From: Porphyridium purpureum | Lineage: Eukaryota | Assembly: GCA_008690995.1 (NCBI GenBank) | Contig: VRMN01000003.1 | Span: 992,001-1,056,000, forward strand | Direction of reading: 5' to 3' | DNA: 64,000 bases | Shown: in pieces, positions 57,299-64,000 of the stretch | Layout of the letters: each line of letters starts with the position of its first letter | How positions within the stretch are numbered: position 1 is the first letter of the stretch | The notes under the pieces: generated by a model | The model's input: the letters and a program-made list of their open reading frames with translations, nothing else | Told to the model about the DNA's origin: nothing | Database searches by the model: none | Program-made: the position numbers and the translations under genes

Positions 57299-59290
57299 TC
57301 AGTCGGTGTGTGTTGGGGCTGCACGCATGTTTGCCGCTCCGGAGATGGTGTGCAGGTTGTCGAGCTGAGCGTGCAGCTCGAGCAGAGGTTGGAACGTCGG
57401 CTCGACTTGGAGGCCGATCTCGATGGTCTTGCGCGCGTCCTGGAAGCGTTCCAGCTGGATTTCTGCCTGAGCTTGGCGTTGGTAGCCCCGCACCCATTGC
57501 ACATTGATCTGGAGCGCGCGCAGCGCGTCCGCCAGGCCGAGCTCCGCGCGACTCGTTTTCGTGTACGCCAGACTGCGGTTCGTTAGCAGCGGCACAAGTG
57601 CGTTCAGTAACATGCGCATTTCGCTAGACTCAGTTGAGGCCGACGGCGCGCCTGCGACCTCCGCGGCTGCCGCGGCAAGGCTCGAGGACGCGTTGGCGCT
57701 TCCCCGGTTGCCCGCGGTGGGTGCCGCACCGGTGCCGACAGACGCTGGAGTGGCTCTGACAGCCGGCATGGTGTGTCGCGCTCTGACACCTCTCTCAGCA
57801 CTCTTCTCGCGCGCCATCTCGTGCACACTCTGATGATGTATCTTCTCTTCTTTCGCAGTCTTTCGGTGACCACCGAAGACGCGTCGCATGAGGCTTGAGA
57901 TCCTTCCAGTAGGTTCCGGTTCCATCCCAGACGTAGAGGTTCCTGCTGTGCCAGACGCCGGTCCAGTATGCGCACGGTCGTGGCTCTGGCGCTTAGACAG
58001 GCGCCGCGCGGCCTTTTCCCTCTCTTGGCTTCCCCGAGGAGATGGACCGCCAAGCTCATCGCCTCCTGCTGAAGGGTCTTGCGCAGGATGGCCCAAGTGG
58101 AAGCCTGCGAATAGGCTTGACACAGGAGCAGATTGACGGTTGCGATGAGCTGCGGCGTGCTTCTTATGCTCCTTTTCCTTCTCTACCTCGTACATATGGT
58201 CTGCACGCAAAATAAGCGCTGTGAAGAGCGTGATTGCGCTTTCATACCTTCCGTCCACCAGTAGATCGTTCCCACGCGCCTTCATGTAGGAGTGGTACTG
58301 CGCCCAGCCGGAAGTCAGCGAGTTCATGAGAAACATGAAACAGTCGTCCCTAACGTCAGACGGACGCAGCGAGTCATGGGTAGCATCCTCTAGTAGTAAA
58401 AGCCGCTTCTCATCACAGCCGTATGACTTGAAAAGAAGCTCCGAGTGCGAATAGTGCACCACATCGTCCTTCTTCCCGTGAATAAATAATACTGGAATGT
58501 TTGTGCAGCGCTTAGCCGCGGCGAGGGGATTAACATCGTCAAGACTGAAGCCTGCGCGTTCTTTGACAGACTTTTTCACCATGCGAAGCCCGACTCCCAG
58601 CAAGAGCTTTTTCGGAACGGCCGCGGGTATTTCAAGCGTATCTATCATGGTATCGGCCAGCTTGTCAAAAGAGGCATATGCAGCGTCCGCTACGAGAGCG
58701 CACACGTCAATGTTACCTTTTTGCATACCTGCGTACATAATCGCTGTGGCTGCACCCATAGAGTGACCCCAGATGGCAACGCGCGCGATTTTCTTGTGCG
58801 AGCGCAGAAAGTCAATAGCGGTGCGTACGTCTTCACGCTCCAGCACGCCCAGCGAGATATACTCACCCTCAGACAAGCCGGAGCCGGAGAAGTCGAAAGA
58901 CATCACGCCAACGCCGTACGGAAGCAGCATTTTGACTGCCGTCTCGGCTTCTAGCCGGCACGAACCATTGCCATGAAGGTACACAACGTACGGCAGTTCG
59001 TCGCGCGCTGGGTCGCGCAGCGCGAGTTCCGGAGTGGAGTCCGGCTCATAGATGCTTGCTTGTAACGTCAGACCGCGCGGATTCAGAAGCTCGAAATCGG
59101 TGCGCTGTACCATGCGTCCGCGCACAGCAAACGACGCGGGCCCCAGGTGGTGCGGCAAGTATTCGGCGCGAGGGGGTCGGATGATGAAATCGACCAGGCC
59201 ATCGATAATCCCGGAGCTCAGCTTACCCGACGCGATGGAACTGTCATCCATCGACGCGGAAGCTGCCCCACCGCCGCCGCCAGACGCCAT
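57299..59290 (-). CDS. Alpha/beta hydrolase (YqkD-like) fused to a split TPR domain
   Basis: IIRPPRAEY, YLHGNGSCR, DFSGSGLSEGEYISLG, nucleophile GHSMG, IHGKKDDVV and a catalytic His. TPR helices KARGNDLL..RYESAI and LLTNRSLAY..ADALRAL..WVRGYQRQA. Confidence 0.88.
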   Translation of the reverse strand: MASGGGGGAASASMDDSSIASGKLSSGIIDGLVDFIIRPPRAEYLPHHLGPASFAVRGRMVQRTDFELLNPRGLTLQASIYEPDSTPELALRDPARDELPYVVYLHGNGSCRLEAETAVKMLLPYGVGVMSFDFSGSGLSEGEYISLGVLEREDVRTAIDFLRSHKKIARVAIWGHSMGAATAIMYAGMQKGNIDVCALVADAAYASFDKLADTMIDTLEIPAAVPKKLLLGVGLRMVKKSVKERAGFSLDDVNPLAAAKRCTNIPVLFIHGKKDDVVHYSHSELLFKSYGCDEKRLLLLEDATHDSLRPSDVRDDCFMFLMNSLTSGWAQYHSYMKARGNDLLVDGRYESAITLFTALILRADHMYEVEKEKEHKKHAAAHRNRQSAPVSSLFAGFHLGHPAQDPSAGGDELGGPSPRGSQEREKAARRLSKRQSHDRAHTGPASGTAGTSTSGMEPEPTGRISSLMRRVFGGHRKTAKEEKIHHQSVHEMAREKSAERGVRARHTMPAVRATPASVGTGAAPTAGNRGSANASSSLAAAAAEVAGAPSASTESSEMRMLLNALVPLLTNRSLAYTKTSRAELGLADALRALQINVQWVRGYQRQAQAEIQLERFQDARKTIEIGLQVEPTFQPLLELHAQLDNLHTISGAANMRAAPTHTD

Positions 59291-59379
59291 TTCGACGCGC
59301 CCAGACAGCGCAGGCCTGTGTGTCTCAGTCCATTCCGACTCGAACCAAAACTTTACTTGGAATTTCTCCCTCTCCGCTT

Positions 59380-59669
59380 TGTAACCGAATCAACAAAACC
59401 GGACCGCTTCACCGATAACAGGAACTGGAAACCACCACACCCCGGAAACTGACAAACCGATGACGAACCGACACACCGAAACGAACGGAAGGACAAGCAG
59501 GACAATCAGAGAAAAGTGGCTAGAAAGGAAGAGAGGACAGAAAATTCAACTTATAGGGGACTACGAGAGGGAGTGGACCGGTCTTGACAAGTGAAGGGTG
59601 ATGGAAGGTACGTTTAAACCCCAGCTGCCTTTTTAAAAACACTCCAGACCGATATCCGCTCGCACAACA
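59380..59669 (-). repeat. Candidate 3' LTR (~290 bp)
   Basis: Minus strand reads TGTTG...GTTACA with TATAA at 59555-59551 and a purine run GGGAGAGG shortly upstream. The second LTR is not in the window, so this is unverified. Confidence 0.35.
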
Positions 59670-60139
59670 CGCTAGCGTGCCTCTCCCGCAAATCCAACCC
59701 AAGTCTTCCAACGACTGCCTCAATCCAACTAACCAATTCTCTTTTTATTCTATTTGCCCTTACCTCTTCTTCTACCTTGACCTGGAAATTCCTGGGAACC
59801 AGCTTGCCCCTTCGTCCTTTTATACCCTTCGTCCTTGCTCTTTCCAGCAAGGACGGGAGAACAAATTTCTCCAACAGGACGAATTTCCACCACAGGTTTT
59901 GATTCGTTCCACAACTCGCAACCACAGCCGGCCACGTATCCGGAAAATGGCCGGGAGGGCGCGTCAAGAACGAATCCAGAAGCTTCGGCCGGCCTTTGAC
60001 CTTTGCACAAGGCCACACAAAACGACAATGACAAACATTTCGCAGGTCCGAGATCATCACGCTTCTCGAACAATCTTTCATCATAGAACTTTCTAGGGTT
60101 TTGTACTCAAAACCCTACGGCGTCTCTCGGGGCGGAACC

Positions 60140-63100
60140 CTAAAATTCCACGCTCCTCCTTCCGGTCTGAGGGACGCGTAACTTCTCCCAGCACTTAATG
60201 TGGCCCTCCGGAAATAAGGCCTTGGTCATTAAGTCCGCCACATTTTCGTCCGTCTTCACAAATGCCAGTTTCACAAGTTTCTGCTTTTCGCACACCTGAT
60301 GCAACCAGGCCAAATCTGTTGCTCGGGTTATCGCCATATGATGCAACTTTGGCGAGTACCCCATCTCTATTGCTCGCATCACAGCTTGATTGTCACACAT
60401 CAAAATCACCGAGAACTCTCCGTCACGTATACTTCGCAAGAAAGACAATGCAGGAAACAACGAGAGTTGCACAGTTTCCTCTAGGGCGGCCAGCTCCGAC
60501 TCTGAAGTCGACGAGCTCACGAAACGCTGCTTTCTTGAAGACCAATCCACTAGGTACTTGTAATCTCCAGCAACTAAGTACGTTGCTCTTCCAGAAGTCG
60601 ACACACGACTCTCTGGACAACCAGCAAAGTCAGCATCCGTGTATCCAAGAATGTTCACCCCTCTGATGCCTTCCTTGAGATTCCCCAACACGTGATACTC
60701 CAATGCTTCCCGAGGTGTTTTCAAATACTGCACGACTCGTACGAGCAGCCTTTCTGCTGCCACATTCCACTTGTCAACGTACCGGGCAATCATACCGACT
60801 GCATACGCAATATCAGGTCGAACCGTTCTGGCGAGCCACATCAGCCTCCCGACGTGTTCTCTTACTTTCAAAGTCTTCCAGATGACTTGATAATTCAGAA
60901 CTTCCTCGCCATCTAGCTTCTCAGATGGTGACTTCACGGCACGCAATACGCGTCTAATATCCTGCTCAAATTCCCGAATGACCACATCTTGATACTCTTG
61001 ATTCGCCAAACTCACGCTCCCATTTTTGAGGGAAATGCTCGTCCCCAGGAATCTCAAGGATCCTCCTTCCGTCAATAGTTCTGGTGCTTTTTCTATGAGA
61101 AACTCTTGTTTCAATTCTTCGATGATTCCTGGGCGTTCCTCCTCTCGACAGGCTAATAGACCATCATCCACGTACAGAGCCAACAACGCAACTGACGAAC
61201 TTGCAGCATTTCTCCGGACGTACACATTCTTTTCACCATGCACGAGCTTCCACTGGAACTTTTGCAATCTCCTCCGAGCATCTTGTGAGAAATCCGAGCC
61301 GCTCCTGGGCAAGCCATACAGCGCCTTTCTCAGCCTGACTACTGTGTCTTTTGAATCACAAATTTCACGCGGTAAGTATGCAAACGTAGGTGGCCCAGAC
61401 AGGTCCGCATGGAGGTATGCCGAGCTGATGTCGAAACTAACAATCTGAAGGCCCAGAATTGCAGCCACAGCTATTATCATTCGGATAGCTGACAAACCAG
61501 CAGGCGTCTCATAATCAAAAATGTCATTCGTCGCAGCTCCATCGGACCCCCATATCCTGTTTCCCCCGGCCACCAAGCGGCACTTCACCTTGCGAAATTC
61601 TTCCGGCATCTCAGCAAATTTCAGACCGAAAATGAAATGTGTGCGTACGAAACGAGCACCAGGTTGCCTCCGGGCCTCCTCCAGCGTCAAGGGATTCTCA
61701 TCCCATACCCCAAATCTCAGCATGGATTTGACTTCTTTTTCCATCGCGGCTCGTCCTTGCTCAGACGCTAACGCCGCTCCAGTTTTCAGCAAAGTCGTTA
61801 AGTTCAACTGTGGGATCGTCACTGGACCACCCGTGCCTGCTGCCCGTTCCTCGTCAACCACTCTCACTTTCAATGCCTCGATCTCTTTCTCAAGCTCCGC
61901 TTCTCGAGCTCTGAGAGCATCGATACGACGATCCAAGTCCTGCACCGCTTCAACCGCGGATGGTTCGTCCACTTCTGGCAACTCTTCCTGCTGGCTCAGG
62001 CTCACCATCTCTCGTTCAATTCCCTTTAAAGGGAACTCATGGGTAAATGCCTTAAAATCCTGAGTGCGAATTACTTTTGGGGTCTCACTCGTCCAGTCAT
62101 CCCGAGGAAGCACCAAAATTGCCATCGGATGCTCTCCAACGCCGACGAGAATGCCAACTTTTCCTCGCGGTGCATACTTATTGTCAGGCTGATCATCTTT
62201 GTAGACCACCTTGCACCCGAATGGCAAACTAAGATTTCTCGGCGACCATTTTTCACCACGTCGTAATTCAAACGGCGTCTTTCCAGACTTCCTGCCCACG
62301 TGAAGTCTATTCGTCATGAACGCAAAATGCTGCGCGGCGTGCATGAACCAACGCTTCCCGAGTCCGGCCTGCACAAGATTCGCACGGATTCCCTGATTCA
62401 GCGTGTGGTGAAACCGCTCCTGTTCAGCATGACTGTTTGGCCTGTACGGAATCCCCACCTCGTGCTTTATGAGGTGTTCACGCACCAGTCTCCCCACATC
62501 TCCCTTGAACTCATTCCCATCATCCGTTCGCAAAACCTTCGGCCATCCTCTCCCGGCTTGCACACTTTTCCAAGCGTCCGCAACCGCCGTGTGGGTTTTC
62601 GCACGTAGCCCCGCCAATGTCACCCATCCTGTGGCTCTGTCGATATGCGTCAAAATAAACTTTGAACCATCTACCGACTTCACATTTCGCCCAGGCTCCA
62701 CCAAGTCAATTCCGACTTCATCATTGAATGACAATGCACTGACATCTTTCTCCAGCCTTCGGGCCGGGCGTCGCTTTATCTTCGCCACGACACACGTCTC
62801 ACAGTCTCTTTGCATAGGCATGTGAGTCAACTCGTGTTCCGAAGCAGCCACGCTCTGATTTTTCCCGTCAAGCTCGGGAACCACTTCTTCAACATTTTCC
62901 AACGTGCATATTTCCTTCCCCTCGGGCCTCGTTTCCATCAGTCCCTTCTGCCAATCAATCTTAGGATTCACCATCTTGAGCCATTTCCACCCTAAGATGG
63001 CATCCATACGAATGGGACCGATATAAAACTCGACGTTCCCTATCCAGAAACCGAGGTCCACCGCAAGCACAATGGGGCCGTGCACCTTCATTCTCTGTCC

Positions 63101-63352
63101 TCCCGCAAGCTCGACCATGCATTCATCGCAACTGGACTTTACGCTTGCGTCCAAGAATCGGGACCCCAGGAAATTATGCGACGCTCCACTGTCAATCAAG
63201 AAGTCGATTTTTGAACCACTCACTTTCCCATGTTTGTAGAAGAGCCTTGACCTCGCACCCTCGTGCGCAACACCTTCCACAACACCCATTACAGGAGGCT
63301 CCATTCCCCTCGAGATCTCCTCCTGTCTTGGCTCTCGAGGTCTTAGTTTTCC
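60140..63352 (-). CDS. pol: Retrotransposon Pol: aspartic protease, integrase, reverse transcriptase, RNase H
   Basis: PR LIDSGASHNF. IN HELTH..CETC, GIDLV, RTDDGNEF, QERF. RT KCRLVAGG, FDISSAYLHA, LRKALYGLPRSG, LYVDD. RH YTDADFAG, STSESEL, CDNQA, NVADLMTKAL. Frame is open from the slippery site; first ATG at 63304. Confidence 0.93.
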   Translation of the reverse strand, partial: GKLRPREPRQEEISRGMEPPVMGVVEGVAHEGARSRLFYKHGKVSGSKIDFLIDSGASHNFLGSRFLDASVKSSCDECMVELAGGQRMKVHGPIVLAVDLGFWIGNVEFYIGPIRMDAILGWKWLKMVNPKIDWQKGLMETRPEGKEICTLENVEEVVPELDGKNQSVAASEHELTHMPMQRDCETCVVAKIKRRPARRLEKDVSALSFNDEVGIDLVEPGRNVKSVDGSKFILTHIDRATGWVTLAGLRAKTHTAVADAWKSVQAGRGWPKVLRTDDGNEFKGDVGRLVREHLIKHEVGIPYRPNSHAEQERFHHTLNQGIRANLVQAGLGKRWFMHAAQHFAFMTNRLHVGRKSGKTPFELRRGEKWSPRNLSLPFGCKVVYKDDQPDNKYAPRGKVGILVGVGEHPMAILVLPRDDWTSETPKVIRTQDFKAFTHEFPLKGIEREMVSLSQQEELPEVDEPSAVEAVQDLDRRIDALRAREAELEKEIEALKVRVVDEERAAGTGGPVTIPQLNLTTLLKTGAALASEQGRAAMEKEVKSMLRFGVWDENPLTLEEARRQPGARFVRTHFIFGLKFAEMPEEFRKVKCRLVAGGNRIWGSDGAATNDIFDYETPAGLSAIRMIIAVAAILGLQIVSFDISSAYLHADLSGPPTFAYLPREICDSKDTVVRLRKALYGLPRSGSDFSQDARRRLQKFQWKLVHGEKNVYVRRNAASSSVALLALYVDDGLLACREEERPGIIEELKQEFLIEKAPELLTEGGSLRFLGTSISLKNGSVSLANQEYQDVVIREFEQDIRRVLRAVKSPSEKLDGEEVLNYQVIWKTLKVREHVGRLMWLARTVRPDIAYAVGMIARYVDKWNVAAERLLVRVVQYLKTPREALEYHVLGNLKEGIRGVNILGYTDADFAGCPESRVSTSGRATYLVAGDYKYLVDWSSRKQRFVSSSTSESELAALEETVQLSLFPALSFLRSIRDGEFSVILMCDNQAVMRAIEMGYSPKLHHMAITRATDLAWLHQVCEKQKLVKLAFVKTDENVADLMTKALFPEGHIKCWEKLRVPQTGRRSVEF
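63291..63352 (-). promoter_or_regulatory. Programmed -1 ribosomal frameshift signal (slippery heptamer plus predicted pseudoknot)
   Basis: G_GAA_AAC at 63352-63346 directly precedes the gag TAA, and pol is in the -1 frame. After a 5-nt spacer come two interlocking perfect 8-bp stems. Confidence 0.8.
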
Positions 63353-63999
63353 GGCTCTGGCGGACCACCTGCCAAGCGCTCCTTCAATTTAGGGCATTTG
63401 GGCTTAATGTGTCCACGTTCTCCACAATGGTAACACTTCACTTTGGTCTTGCCAGACTTCCGCTTGTCCATGGCTCCCAAATCCATTGGTGCGCTACCAG
63501 AATGCGACGAGAACGCCCTGCTATGAGTCGATGACGAGTTCTTGATCACTTGACTCATATCTCCTCCGAACTTTGCAACCTGCTCAGCTGCCAACGCAAC
63601 TTTCAGTGATTCTTCCAAGGTCCTTGTGTCCTGACGGGCCACCTCAATACGCAGTTTCTCCTTCAAGCCCAGCGTGAAGATGGTGTTCAGTTCTGCATCT
63701 GTCACATCTTCAACTGACAACGCTGTCATCCTGAGATTCTGCTCAAATTCTGCGACCGTCATTTTCCCTTGCTTCAACTGATACAGATTGGTGCGCGCTG
63801 TCAAATGCGCCTGCGGCGGCTCAAACGCTGTGCGCACGAAGTTTGCGAACGCATCCCATCCGGCCTCTGCAAGGCCCTTTCTCTGCTCCTCCGGACGAGC
63901 TGCCCAAAGCAGCGCTGCGTCCCTCTCGAAAAAGCGACTTGCAACAATCACTTTCTGCGAGTCCAAAGCACCTGCGGGCATGCAGATATCCAGGTCGCT
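63343..63999 (-). CDS. gag: Retrotransposon Gag (C-terminal part) with CCHC zinc knuckle
   Basis: Frame is open to the window edge. LYQLKQGKMTVAEFEQ, FTLGLKEKLRIEV, APMDLG, CYHCGERGHIKPKC. Confidence 0.88.
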   Translation of the reverse strand, partial: SDLDICMPAGALDSQKVIVASRFFERDAALLWAARPEEQRKGLAEAGWDAFANFVRTAFEPPQAHLTARTNLYQLKQGKMTVAEFEQNLRMTALSVEDVTDAELNTIFTLGLKEKLRIEVARQDTRTLEESLKVALAAEQVAKFGGDMSQVIKNSSSTHSRAFSSHSGSAPMDLGAMDKRKSGKTKVKCYHCGERGHIKPKCPKLKERLAGGPPEPEN

Positions 64000-64000
64000 C

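Larger units (their letters stand above)
59380..64000 (-). mobile_element. LTR retrotransposon, 5' part outside window; PR-IN-RT-RH (Copia) order with Gypsy-like gag/protease
   Basis: Uninterrupted gag and pol ORFs with catalytic motifs. The left boundary is a guess from a TG...CA-bounded segment. Confidence 0.9.

Noticed and set aside
1..64000. tRNA, rRNA and CRISPR arrays
   Set aside because: None recognised by eye; a covariance-model scan would be needed to exclude small RNAs.

Overview
Gene-dense, intron-poor eukaryotic nuclear DNA. It is most consistent with a unicellular red alga, inferred from nucleus-encoded plastid proteins (Tic110, PAM68, Cpn20, DUF3326) with M-A-F-type transit peptides, very short intergenic gaps and only a few ~100-135 nt GT-AG introns. 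About 29 host genes are recognisable, including ATR, cytosolic LeuRS, DMAP1/SWC4, DHCR7, GNL3, IMP4, TypA, PTC7, OST4 and SNRNP27. The right end (~59.4-64.0 kb, minus strand, cut by the window edge) holds an apparently intact LTR retrotransposon, the most unusual item here. Its Gag and protease look Ty3/Gypsy-type and are joined by a -1 frameshift signal (G_GAA_AAC plus a predicted H-type pseudoknot), but its integrase-RT-RNase H are Ty1/Copia-type in both order and motifs. Other highlights are an alphaproteobacterial-type queF (preQ0 reductase) with a presequence-like extension among eukaryotic genes, a non-canonical sugar-phosphate cyclase, a small Mim1-like membrane protein, a stand-alone ChaN-family gene and possible bicistronic or overlapping gene pairs. 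All family calls come from motif recognition by eye; no database searches were run.
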